A stretch of 64,000 bases of DNA from Gemmatimonadales bacterium (GCA_036505055.1 DASXUE010000052.1:1239-65238); one strand, 5' to 3'. Counted from the first letter of the stretch, positions 43,962-52,930 are shown. Numbers and translations: made by a program. The notes: generated from the sequence alone by a model not told the origin.

Positions 43962-45167
43962 GTGCGAACTGAGACCCTGCAGCACATCGCGCTGTTCGAC
44001 AAATGCAGGAACTTCACCCGGGCGCGCGAGATCCAGGCCGCCGGGCTGTATCCGTACTTCAAGGCCATCTCCCAGTCCGAAGACACCGTCGTCGTCATCG
44101 AAGGCAAAGAGCGGATCATGATGGGCTCCAACAACTACCTGGGGCTCACGCATCATCCGGCAGTGCTCTCAGCTGCGAAGGATGCGCTGGAGCGCTATGG
44201 CTCGGGCTGCACCGGCAGCCGGTTCCTGAACGGGACGCTCGACCTCCACGAGCAGCTCGAGGCCGAGCTGGCGGAGTTCTTCGGGAAGGAAGCCTGCCTC
44301 ATCTTCTCGACCGGTTATCAGGCGAATCTCGGACTGATTTCGGGGCTGGTGGGACGCGGGGACGTCGTCTTCCTGGACAAGCTGGACCACGCCTCGATCG
44401 TGGACGGCGCCAAGATGTCGCACGGGGAAACCCTGCGGTTCAATCACGGCGACCTGGCGGGGCTCGAGCGCAAACTGCTCAAGGTCCCCGAGGGCACCGG
44501 CACCATGGTGATCGTGGACGGCGTCTACTCCATGGAAGGGGATATCGCCGACGTCCCGGGCCTGCTGAAGCTCACCCAGAAGTACGGTGCCGCGCTGGCG
44601 ATCGACGACGCGCACTCGGTGGGCGTGCTGGGCCCCCGCGGGGACGGCACCGCGGCGCACTACAACCTGGTGGACGAGGTCGATCTGATCGTCGGGACCT
44701 TCTCGAAGTCGCTGGCTTCGATCGGCGGCTTCGCGGCCGGGTCCGACAACGTGATTCATTTCCTGCGCCACCACTCGCGGCCGCTGATCTTCACCGCGGC
44801 CCTGCCCCCGGCGAACACCGCGGGCGTGCTGGCGGCCCTCCACGTCATGCAGCAGGAGCCGGACCGCCGCGATCGCCTCTGGACCAACACGCGGCGCCTG
44901 CAGGAAGGGCTGCGCTCCCTGGGCTTCGACATCGGCCCCACTGAGACGCCGATCGTCCCCGTCCTGATCGGGCCGCTGGACAAGACCTTCCTGTTCTGGC
45001 GTCAGCTGTTCGACGCCGGCGTGTTCACCAACCCCGTGGTGCCCCCGGCGGTGCCGCCGTCGCAATGCCGGCTGCGCACGAGCCTGATGGCGACGCACAC
45101 CGCCGAACAGATCGACTTCGCCCTGGGGACCTTCGCGCGGCTCGGGAAAGAGCTGGGGGTCATCTGA
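43962..45167 (+). CDS. spt: Alpha-oxoamine synthase, serine palmitoyltransferase-like (PLP-dependent)
   Basis: GTG at 43962 follows a lower-GC 118-bp spacer. GLYPYF, GSNNYLGL, DDAHSVG and the PLP-Lys block GTFSKSLASIGGF (SPT-like rather than the GT[LF]GKA of KBL/BioF). RPLIFTAALPP. Confidence 0.7.
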   Translation: MRTETLQHIALFDKCRNFTRAREIQAAGLYPYFKAISQSEDTVVVIEGKERIMMGSNNYLGLTHHPAVLSAAKDALERYGSGCTGSRFLNGTLDLHEQLEAELAEFFGKEACLIFSTGYQANLGLISGLVGRGDVVFLDKLDHASIVDGAKMSHGETLRFNHGDLAGLERKLLKVPEGTGTMVIVDGVYSMEGDIADVPGLLKLTQKYGAALAIDDAHSVGVLGPRGDGTAAHYNLVDEVDLIVGTFSKSLASIGGFAAGSDNVIHFLRHHSRPLIFTAALPPANTAGVLAALHVMQQEPDRRDRLWTNTRRLQEGLRSLGFDIGPTETPIVPVLIGPLDKTFLFWRQLFDAGVFTNPVVPPAVPPSQCRLRTSLMATHTAEQIDFALGTFARLGKELGVI

Positions 45168-45172
45168 GCGCA

Positions 45173-46279
45173 GTGGAGATCGCGCCCGTCTCCGGCGGGC
45201 GCGATCTCGAGCAGTTCATTTCCTTCCCGTACGACCACTACCGCGGCGATCCCATGTGGGCCCCCCAGCTGCGCATGGACGTCCGCACCCTGCTCTCCCC
45301 CAAGAAGAATCCGTTCTTCCAGCACGCCGAGGCACAGTACTTCGTCGCGCGGTCGAACGGTCGAACGGTCGGACGGATCGCGGCCATCAAGAACGACGCC
45401 CACAACCGGACCTGGAAGGACACGGTCGGGTTCTATGGGTTCTTCGAGTCAATCGACGATCAGGGCGTCGCGGACGCCCTCTTCGACGCCGCGGGCGCGT
45501 GGCTCCGCGCCCGCGGCTGCGACACGATGCGCGGGCCCGCCAGCCCGTCGACCAACGACGAATGCGGCCTCCTGGTGGACGGCTTCGAGACGCCCGCGAC
45601 GCTCATGATGCCGCACAACCCCCGCTACTACGTCGCGCTGACGGAGCGGGCTGGGTTCCACAAGGCCAAAGACCTCATCTGCTACGAGTCGACCTACACG
45701 GAGCTGCCGGAGCGGCTCGCCCGCGGGGCGAAGCTCGTCGCGCAGCGCCGCGGCATCACCCTGCGCTCGCTCGACCTCAAACGATTCACCCAGGAAGTGG
45801 AGACGATCAAGGCCCTGTACAACGCCGCCTGGGAGCAAAACTGGGGCACGGTGCCCCTCACCGACGCCGAGATCGACCACCTCGCCAAACAGCTCAAGCC
45901 CATCGTGGTCCCCGAGCTGGTGGTCTTCGCCGAAATGAAAGGCGAGATCATCGGGTTCGGCGTGGCACTGCCCGACTTGAACGTCGCGCTGCGGCACAAC
46001 CCGTCGGGCCGGCTGTTCCCCGGCGTCGTGAAAGTCCTGTGGCACGCGCGCAAGATCTCGCGGCTCCGCGTCATGCTGCTCGGCGCCTTGCCGGCGTACC
46101 GCCACAGCGGCGTGGATGCGCTGATGTACCACTGGATCTGGACGCAGGGGTACGCCCGGGGCTGTCGCTGGGGCGAGGCGGGCTGGATCCTCGAGGACAA
46201 CGCCCCGATGACCAACGCGGCGCTGAACCTCGGGTTCCGCCCGTACAAGACGTACCGCATGTACGACAAGGCGCTGTGA
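45173..46279 (+). CDS. GNAT-fold acyltransferase-like protein (bacterial ceramide synthase candidate)
   Basis: GTG at 45173, 5 nt after the spt stop. 368 aa. The fold and function call rests on the recalled family pattern (LEQFISFPYDHY..DPMWAPQL) and on synteny, so it is tentative. Confidence 0.55.
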   Translation: MEIAPVSGGRDLEQFISFPYDHYRGDPMWAPQLRMDVRTLLSPKKNPFFQHAEAQYFVARSNGRTVGRIAAIKNDAHNRTWKDTVGFYGFFESIDDQGVADALFDAAGAWLRARGCDTMRGPASPSTNDECGLLVDGFETPATLMMPHNPRYYVALTERAGFHKAKDLICYESTYTELPERLARGAKLVAQRRGITLRSLDLKRFTQEVETIKALYNAAWEQNWGTVPLTDAEIDHLAKQLKPIVVPELVVFAEMKGEIIGFGVALPDLNVALRHNPSGRLFPGVVKVLWHARKISRLRVMLLGALPAYRHSGVDALMYHWIWTQGYARGCRWGEAGWILEDNAPMTNAALNLGFRPYKTYRMYDKAL

Positions 46280-47244
46280 ACGCCTTCGTAACGGGAGGCA
46301 CGGGCTTCGTCGGCGCCCATCTGGTCCAGGCACTCCAGGCCCGGGGCGACCGGGTGACGTGCCTGGTACGCCGGCCCGCGCTCGCCGAACGGCTGGGGTG
46401 GCGCGACGTGCGCATCGTGCGGGGCGACCTCGACGATCCGCAGGCCCTGCGGGAAGGGTGCGCCGACGCCGACGTCGTCTTTCACGTCGCCGGCAAGATC
46501 GTGGCGCGCGACGCGCTCGAGTTCATGGCGACGAACCGTGACGGGACGGCCAACGTGCTCGAAGCGGCCCAGGAACGCGGCGTGACCCGCTTCGTGCTGG
46601 TCTCCTCGCTCGCCGCGGCGGGACCGACGCTGCCGGGGCAGCCGATCGATGAGCAGCGCCCCCCGGCGCCGGTGACCGACTACGGGCGGTCCAAGCTCGC
46701 CGCCGAGGTGTTGGTTCGGGCGATGCCCTTCCCGTGGACCATCGTCCGACCCCCGGTTGTGTACGGGGAGTGGGACCGGGGCACGCTGACGATCTTCCAG
46801 CTGGCGCGTCGCCCCGTCATGCCGGTGTTCGGGGACGGCTCACAGGAGCTCTCCGTGATCCATGCGGACGACCTCGCCCAGGCCCTGATCGCGGCGGGCA
46901 CGACTCCCGCAACGGCCGGCCGCGTGTATTTTGCGGCGCACCCGGCCACAACGACCAGCCGCGAGCTGGCGCTGGCGTGCGGGCGGGCCCTCGGCACGAC
47001 GCCCCGCATCGTTCCCGTACCGGCGTTCGTGGCACGCGGTGTGCTGTGGACGGTGGGCTCGCTCGCGCATCTCGCCGGGCGCGCCACACTGCTCTCGGCC
47101 GACAAGGCGAACGAGTACCTGGCGCCCGCGTGGACCTGCCGGCCGGACGCCTTGATGAGCGATGGGAATTGGCGGGCGACGATCGACCTCGAGTCCGGCC
47201 TGCGTCGCACCGCGGCCTGGTACCGGGAGGTGGGATGGCTTTGA
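46276..47244 (+). CDS. NAD(P)-dependent epimerase/dehydratase-family SDR (ceramide reductase candidate)
   Basis: GTGA overlap with the upstream stop. Rossmann motif VTGGTGFVGAHL. YGRSK catalytic motif. Confidence 0.8.
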   Translation: MNAFVTGGTGFVGAHLVQALQARGDRVTCLVRRPALAERLGWRDVRIVRGDLDDPQALREGCADADVVFHVAGKIVARDALEFMATNRDGTANVLEAAQERGVTRFVLVSSLAAAGPTLPGQPIDEQRPPAPVTDYGRSKLAAEVLVRAMPFPWTIVRPPVVYGEWDRGTLTIFQLARRPVMPVFGDGSQELSVIHADDLAQALIAAGTTPATAGRVYFAAHPATTTSRELALACGRALGTTPRIVPVPAFVARGVLWTVGSLAHLAGRATLLSADKANEYLAPAWTCRPDALMSDGNWRATIDLESGLRRTAAWYREVGWL

Positions 47245-48116
47245 AGCGGTACACGCCGATCGATGTGGCGACGCTGCTCTATATCGTCTTGGCGACGGTG
47301 GCAGTGCTCCTGTCGTTCCGCGGCGACTCCATTCCCGGGTGGCCGTGGCTGCTCGTCGCCCATGGCCTGCTGGCAGGGCTCGTGTGGCTGGCGCCGCGGG
47401 CGCGCGCCGCGGGTCCGGTGGGACGCGTCTTCGGCGACTGGTACGCGTTGTTGCTGCTCGCGGCGCTGTACGGCGAGATCGGCGTCCTGACGCTCGACGC
47501 GGGGTTTCAGAACGACCTCGCGATCCAGCGGCTCGAGGCGTGGGTCTTCGGCTCGCAGGTCTCCTACCGCTGGATCCGGGAAATGCCCAGTCCCGCGCTG
47601 TCGTGGCTGCTGCACGCCTGCTATTTGGCGTATTACCCGATCCTGTACGCGTCCCCCGCCGGCCTCTGGCTGGCGGGTCGGCGCGACGCCGCCCGGCATA
47701 CCATCTTCGCGGTGATGGTGACGTTCTACCTCTGCTATGTGGTGTTCTTGTTCTTTCCGGTCGCAGGGCCGCGCTACGCCTTCGACGCGGCGCACAACGC
47801 CGCGTCGGAAGTCGGCCCGGCGCGCTTTGCCGCCTGGCTCTTGGACCGCGGCGACTCGTGGGGCGCAGCGTTCCCGTCGTCCCACGTGGCGGCGTCGGTC
47901 GTCGCCACGGGGATGGCGCTGCGCTACTGGCGGAAGCTGGGGCTCATGCTGCTGCCCTTCACGACCGGATTGATCCTCGCGGTCGTGTACGGCCAGTTCC
48001 ACTACGCCGTCGACGCGATGGCGGGACTCGTGGTGGCGGCGGTGATGCTTGGTGTGATGCAGACGGCCGAGGCCGAGGTGCCGCGCCGCGTGCCGGTGGC
48101 CGAGCTCAGCCTCTAG
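47235..48116 (+). CDS. PAP2-superfamily membrane protein, AUR1/sphingomyelin-synthase-like transferase candidate
   Basis: ATG at 47235, with a 10-nt overlap with the upstream gene. About 6 TM segments. PSSH and FHYAVD motifs (HYxxD without the SR of classical lipid phosphatases). Confidence 0.7.
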   Translation: MALKRYTPIDVATLLYIVLATVAVLLSFRGDSIPGWPWLLVAHGLLAGLVWLAPRARAAGPVGRVFGDWYALLLLAALYGEIGVLTLDAGFQNDLAIQRLEAWVFGSQVSYRWIREMPSPALSWLLHACYLAYYPILYASPAGLWLAGRRDAARHTIFAVMVTFYLCYVVFLFFPVAGPRYAFDAAHNAASEVGPARFAAWLLDRGDSWGAAFPSSHVAASVVATGMALRYWRKLGLMLLPFTTGLILAVVYGQFHYAVDAMAGLVVAAVMLGVMQTAEAEVPRRVPVAELSL

Positions 48117-49174
48117 TGGTGCATCATCATCGGCTCGGCGACCCCGGCCGACGCCTCTCGGAGGTAGTGCTTTAGGTCCACCTGATACAGTGAATCGCTG
48201 GGATCCACACGCGGCCACGAAACGTCCCGGTCGGGAATGAACAGGCCGCCGACCACCCCCATACCACCGTCCTTGATGACCTGCCCGGTCGGATTGTCGT
48301 AGATCACCCGCACGCGGTACCGGTGCGCGGGGACGATGTGCGCGCCGAGACGGGTCAGCCCGTAGAGTCTCCCCACCGGCACCGCAACGACCTGATCGCG
48401 CCCATCCCGCACCGGCTCGCCGCGCCAGATCAGCTCACCCGTCGTTGCATCCCACAGCTCGATGCTTACGCCGTACGCGTGCAGGTGTCCGCCGACGGCC
48501 ACGATGTCCCCTGGCACCGCGGGGCTGCCCTCGTAGGCCCTCACGGTGCGGCCGGGTGGCAAGTCGAAGGACTTGTCACCAACGGGGAACGCGACGTCGA
48601 GCTGCCAGGGCGACGCCGGAAACAACGGCCAGGGGCGCCGCTCGGCGGTGTAATTGAGGACGAGTCGCACCCGCACGCCTTGATAGCTGACCGGTGTCGG
48701 GTTGTGCAGCATGGCGCTCACGACGACGGTTTCGTTCCGCTCGAACGGCGCACCGAAGAGGAGCCAGGGAATGCGCACGTCGCCCGTCTCCTTTCCGGCC
48801 GCCGCGAGCCGCCGCGCGATCGGGAGGAACAGCTCCCGATGCGTCGGGTCGAGCACGTTGAAGTGATGGATCAGCTCGGCGGGGAGCGCTCGACCCGCCG
48901 CGTCCACGACCTCGGCGTGAAATCCGAAGATGGCCCCGCCGGCGGGAAAGCGGGCCAGTGAGACGGGAGGCTGAGGTCCTCCCATGTGGTCGCCCCGTTC
49001 GGCGCCGGCGGGGAGATCGACCGCGGGCAGCTCGATCGTCAGCTCCCCGCGACGGGCGTCCGCGGTCACGCGCGCGTGCGGCAGGCCACTGAGGTCCACC
49101 CCGGGCGAGGTACCCCCTCCGCGGGCCGGGACGACGCCTAGGGCGACCACTGTGAGCAGTGTGCGTCTGAGCAT
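48113..49174 (-). CDS. Secreted hypothetical protein, PHM/DBH-like copper monooxygenase candidate with Met/His tail
   Basis: Signal peptide. Ligand-like pattern HH(103-104)..H157..HxH(230,232)..M305 and C-terminal PMMMHH. The fold assignment is inference only. Confidence 0.6.
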   Translation of the reverse strand: MLRRTLLTVVALGVVPARGGGTSPGVDLSGLPHARVTADARRGELTIELPAVDLPAGAERGDHMGGPQPPVSLARFPAGGAIFGFHAEVVDAAGRALPAELIHHFNVLDPTHRELFLPIARRLAAAGKETGDVRIPWLLFGAPFERNETVVVSAMLHNPTPVSYQGVRVRLVLNYTAERRPWPLFPASPWQLDVAFPVGDKSFDLPPGRTVRAYEGSPAVPGDIVAVGGHLHAYGVSIELWDATTGELIWRGEPVRDGRDQVVAVPVGRLYGLTRLGAHIVPAHRYRVRVIYDNPTGQVIKDGGMGVVGGLFIPDRDVSWPRVDPSDSLYQVDLKHYLREASAGVAEPMMMHH

Positions 49175-49245
49175 TGACGTTCTCTTTTAGGAATGAACCC
49201 TCCCAGCAAACAAGAAGTCACGAGGAGGGGTTCCCCGAGGTCACC

Positions 49246-49911
49246 TCAATGCGGCGACGCGGCCGGGTCGGCGGAACGCCGCCGCTGCAGCCAGACGATC
49301 AGGAGGAAGGCCACGGTGAAGCCCAGCGTCCCCAGCAGCAGCACCGGCGTCGAAATGGGCAGCCACTTTCCAAACGCGGCGTAGATCCACCACTCGGGGA
49401 ACCGCCCCACGAAGGTCGCCAAGAGGTACCGCTCGATCGGGTAGCGGGTCAGGGGTCCGAGAATGCGCGCCGGCCAGTAGGGCAACGGCGTGAACGCCAT
49501 CAGGACGATGGCCCAGAAGGGGCTGAGAGCGAACAGCTCGACGCATTTTCGTACCCAGTAGGACTGGCGGACACCCTCGAGGCGCGGGTGGAAGATCGCG
49601 TAGCGGTGGAGGTAGTAATTGAGGTACTCCATGTAACACGCCCCCAGCGTCGCCACGAGGCCCACGAGGACGGGGGGATACACGCGCGCGGCCACGAACA
49701 TCACCGGCTCGAAGAACACCGGGAAGAGCGGCGAGAGCGGGCCGTTCATGACGACCGATATAACGAAGAAGCCGACCAGCCCGGCGAGTCCGGGCCACCG
49801 CAGCGTCGGATAGATCGCGAGCAGGCCGACCACGCCGGTGAGGCGGATGACCGCGTCCCATTGCGGTGTGCCGCGCTTCCGAACGAGCGCTTGACCGAGG
49901 GCCCGGAGCAC
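49246..49911 (-). CDS. YqaA/VTT (DedA-superfamily)-like membrane protein
   Basis: GTG at 49911, 5 nt after the upstream stop. Multi-TM with a FTPLPYWPARILGPL..LLATFVGRFP block. The rest of the 376-aa track ORF overlaps the neighbouring gene in another frame. Confidence 0.6.
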   Translation of the reverse strand: MLRALGQALVRKRGTPQWDAVIRLTGVVGLLAIYPTLRWPGLAGLVGFFVISVVMNGPLSPLFPVFFEPVMFVAARVYPPVLVGLVATLGACYMEYLNYYLHRYAIFHPRLEGVRQSYWVRKCVELFALSPFWAIVLMAFTPLPYWPARILGPLTRYPIERYLLATFVGRFPEWWIYAAFGKWLPISTPVLLLGTLGFTVAFLLIVWLQRRRSADPAASPH

Positions 49912-49916
49912 CCGGG

Positions 49917-50372
49917 CTAGGCCGACACGACGTACAGCCGGTAGGCGAAGAACGCCAGCACGGCGCCCTCGAGCACCCACGCCATGGGCTGGCGATAGTA
50001 CCCGATGAGCATCTGCCACCCCCAGTAGCCCGTGTCCTTGAAGAACGCGAGAGTGAACTTCTTTTTCGAGAACGGCCACAGGAGCGGGAGCCCCACCGTG
50101 CTCCCAATGTCGGCCGCGTAGTGCGCCAGGATCGCGATCAGCGCGAATACGGCATAGTGCGGCGAAAACAGCGCCACGATCCCGCTCACGACCAGGGCGA
50201 AGAGGATGCTGTGGGTCACGGTGCAGTGGAATTCGGGCTTCGCGAACCCCGCTTTCACGACGAGCGAGTCGGCGTTCGGCAGGAAATGCATGCCGAGGAC
50301 GAAGACCGCGGTCTTGGGGTTCCAGTCGTACGTGGCGATGGCGAGAGCGAGCGGGACGTGGCCGACTTGCAT
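49917..50372 (-). CDS. Membrane-bound metal-dependent hydrolase, YdjM/DUF457-like
   Basis: 151 aa. His/Asp pattern (HVPLA..HFLPNAD..THS..AHYAADIGS). Start is directly adjacent to the upstream stop. Confidence 0.7.
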   Translation of the reverse strand: MQVGHVPLALAIATYDWNPKTAVFVLGMHFLPNADSLVVKAGFAKPEFHCTVTHSILFALVVSGIVALFSPHYAVFALIAILAHYAADIGSTVGLPLLWPFSKKKFTLAFFKDTGYWGWQMLIGYYRQPMAWVLEGAVLAFFAYRLYVVSA

Positions 50373-51374
50373 TCAATCCTCCGTCAACAGGGGTTCGAAC
50401 CGCCGGGTCTCAAGCGAACGATAGGCCGCGAGCACGACGGCGAGGTCGCGACGCGCGACGGCGAGGGACATCTCGGGCTGGCCCCGCTCGCGCACACAAG
50501 CGAGGAAATGACGCAGCATCGCGCGGTAGCCCATGAGATCGCGGACGCCGGGGAAACGTAACCGCGTGCGCCGCCCCGTGACCAGCGCAAACAGCCCGTT
50601 GCTTTCGAAGGTGATGGTGCCCTCGGTCCCATAGATTTTCGACAGCCCCAATCCAGCAAGGCGATTCGTGACGCTCCAGGCGTGCAGCAGCTTGCCGACC
50701 GTCCCGTTCTCGAACCGGACCAGTACCTCCAGGCCGTCTTCGAACGGCGCGACCGGCGCGCGACCCGTCTCGGGGCGGGCGGCGCACACCTCGCGCACCG
50801 GGCCGCCCAGGTGGCAGAGATAGTTCACCCAGTGGACGCCCCCCTCGAGCAGCGCGCCGCCGCCCATCATCGCGGGATCGGCGCGCCAGCCGGTGGGGCG
50901 CTGGCGCCCGGCCCGGTTCAGCTCGAGGAACAGCGGCTCGCCGACATCCCCCGCGTCGAGATGGCTCCGCAGGACTCGGGCGGCGGGCTTGAAGTGGTAG
51001 TTCTCCGCGACCATGCAGATCGTCTTGGCCCGCCTCACGGCCTCTTCGATCGCGGCCACTTCCGTCAACGTGCGGGCGACGGGCTTCTCGATCAGCGTGG
51101 CCTTGCCGTGCCCGGCGGCGAGGCTCGTGTGCTCCACGTGAAAGGCGTGCGGGGTGCAGATCACGACCGCATCCACCCGTGGGTCGGCGCACGCTTCCTC
51201 GTAACTCCCGAAGGCGCCGATGCCCCCGTAGCGGCGCTGGTACTGCTCCGCCTTTTCCCGCGAGCGGCTGGCGTAGAGGAGCTGCACCCCGCCGAGCGAC
51301 CGCGCCACGCGGCTGTGCACGCCGGCGATCCGCCCGCACCCCAGCATGCACAGGCGGACGGGGGACGCGGTCAC
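50373..51374 (-). CDS. Gfo/Idh/MocA-family NAD(P)-dependent oxidoreductase
   Basis: GTGA overlap with the GMC stop. Rossmann motif LGCGRIAGVH. EKP motif (LIEKPVA). Confidence 0.85.
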   Translation of the reverse strand: MTASPVRLCMLGCGRIAGVHSRVARSLGGVQLLYASRSREKAEQYQRRYGGIGAFGSYEEACADPRVDAVVICTPHAFHVEHTSLAAGHGKATLIEKPVARTLTEVAAIEEAVRRAKTICMVAENYHFKPAARVLRSHLDAGDVGEPLFLELNRAGRQRPTGWRADPAMMGGGALLEGGVHWVNYLCHLGGPVREVCAARPETGRAPVAPFEDGLEVLVRFENGTVGKLLHAWSVTNRLAGLGLSKIYGTEGTITFESNGLFALVTGRRTRLRFPGVRDLMGYRAMLRHFLACVRERGQPEMSLAVARRDLAVVLAAYRSLETRRFEPLLTED

Positions 51375-52930
51375 GCGTCTCCCTCCCCCTCCACGACGAT
51401 GTGACGCCCCACCCGCAAGGCGTTCGCGGCAATCGTGAGACTCGGGTTGACTCCGCCCGAGCTCGGAAAGAAGCTCGCGTCGACCACGTAGAGGTTCGGA
51501 ACCCCGAAGAAGCGGCACCACGGGTCGAGGACGGCGCGCGCCGGATCGTCGCCGAAGCGGCACGTTCCCAGCGCGTGCGAGAAGGTGTTGATGGGCTTGC
51601 GCACCCGAATCAGCGCCCCGGCGCGACGCAGGATCCGGGCGGCTTCCCGATGGAGCGCCCCGCGCGCCTGCCGGTCGCGCCGGGAATAACGGTGGAACAC
51701 CCGCGGGATCGGCGCGCCGTAGCGATCGGTCTTGGCGGGATCGATCACCACGCGGTTCTCGCGGTCGGGCAGGTCCTGCGCGATGCACAGGAGGAACACC
51801 TGGCGGTCGGCGGTCTTGGCGCCGATCGTGCCGATCGGAAACCCGCCTTCGGCGGCGATGTATTCCGGCGGGGGCACCTGGAGCGCTTGAATGATCCCCC
51901 AGGGCCCGGCAGGCCCGCTGCGGTTGCGGCCGCCGAAGTAGAAGTCGGCGATGGCAACTTGTTTGTGGAACACCCGCTCGGGATTCGTCGGGGCTCCGAA
52001 AATGCCGATCACGATCCCGGAGCAATGGCGCATGAGACTGCGGCCGATCCACGCGCCGTTCGGCTCCACCGTCCCGAGCCCGGAGGCCAGGAGCAGCGCC
52101 GCGGATGGAATCGCACCCGCGCTCACGACGCAGACGCGGCACGGGACGCGGAATCTCCGTCCCGTGCCGGCGTCGACGCAATCCACGCCCGCCACCCGCT
52201 TCCCCTGGCGCACGAGCCGCAGCGCGATCGTGCTGTGGAGCACGGTCGCACCCCCGGAGATCGCCGCGGGAAGCACCGTGACCGACAGATCGTTCTTCGC
52301 GCCGATCTTGCAGGGGAACAGGTCGCACGTAAGGCACTGCACGCAGGACCGCCGCCCGTCGGTCGACGCGAAGTTGATCGCCAATGGAATCGGAAACGGA
52401 TGGAGCCCGAGCGTCGTCGCGCTCTCCGCGATGCGGCGTGCGGGCGCGGAAAACGGCGGCGGCGCCCCGGCGTATGCGCCCGACCGGCGCGGCTCGGTGG
52501 GATCGATTCCCGCCACGCCCACCACACCCAGCAGGCGTTCGGCCTCGTCGTAGAAGGGCGCCAGCTCGTCGTAGCCGATGGGCCAGTCGACGGCGTCGGA
52601 GCAAACCCGCGGGTACCGCTCGCGCAGATGAAAGTCCCCTTCACGCAGCCGGAACGATGCCGCCCCGTAAAAGACGGACTTGCCGCCCACCGCCTCGTCG
52701 GGATAGAAGTGCGTGCGGCCCAGGCCGTAGCGCGGTGTCTCGAAGGGCGATGCGCTGCGGTACTTGCGATCGATGAGGATGGCCTGCGGATCCCAGGCCG
52801 AGTCGTCGCGCTCCACCCAGCGGCCGCGCTCGATCAGCAGCACGCGCAGGCCTGCGCGCACGGCCGCCAGCGCGACCATGCTGCCCCCGAACCCCGTCCC
52901 CACCACAACCAAATCCCACTCCTGCGTCAT
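51371..52930 (-). CDS. GMC-family FAD-dependent oxidoreductase
   Basis: AAGGAGG immediately upstream of the ATG at 52930. DLVVVGTGFGGS FAD motif. C-terminal HALGTCRFG..VVDASFFPSSGGVNPSLT. Confidence 0.85.
   Translation of the reverse strand: MTQEWDLVVVGTGFGGSMVALAAVRAGLRVLLIERGRWVERDDSAWDPQAILIDRKYRSASPFETPRYGLGRTHFYPDEAVGGKSVFYGAASFRLREGDFHLRERYPRVCSDAVDWPIGYDELAPFYDEAERLLGVVGVAGIDPTEPRRSGAYAGAPPPFSAPARRIAESATTLGLHPFPIPLAINFASTDGRRSCVQCLTCDLFPCKIGAKNDLSVTVLPAAISGGATVLHSTIALRLVRQGKRVAGVDCVDAGTGRRFRVPCRVCVVSAGAIPSAALLLASGLGTVEPNGAWIGRSLMRHCSGIVIGIFGAPTNPERVFHKQVAIADFYFGGRNRSGPAGPWGIIQALQVPPPEYIAAEGGFPIGTIGAKTADRQVFLLCIAQDLPDRENRVVIDPAKTDRYGAPIPRVFHRYSRRDRQARGALHREAARILRRAGALIRVRKPINTFSHALGTCRFGDDPARAVLDPWCRFFGVPNLYVVDASFFPSSGGVNPSLTIAANALRVGRHIVVEGEGDA

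Noticed and set aside
49912-50376. Treating track ORF 49246..50376 (376 aa) as one gene
   Set aside because: Its N-terminal 150 codons overlap, in another frame, the DUF457/YdjM-like ORF 49917..50372, which has a coherent His/Asp motif pattern. A GTG at 49911, just after that gene's stop, gives a sensible multi-TM protein.
52310-52345. CxxCxxCxxxxC cluster (SCVQCLTCDLFPC) in the GMC oxidoreductase as a possible novel Fe-S site
   Set aside because: A C..C..C..(G)C..GAK segment at this position is, as far as I recall, a common feature of one GMC subfamily (long-chain alcohol/cholesterol-oxidase-like). It is not evidence of a new cofactor without a structural or biochemical check.
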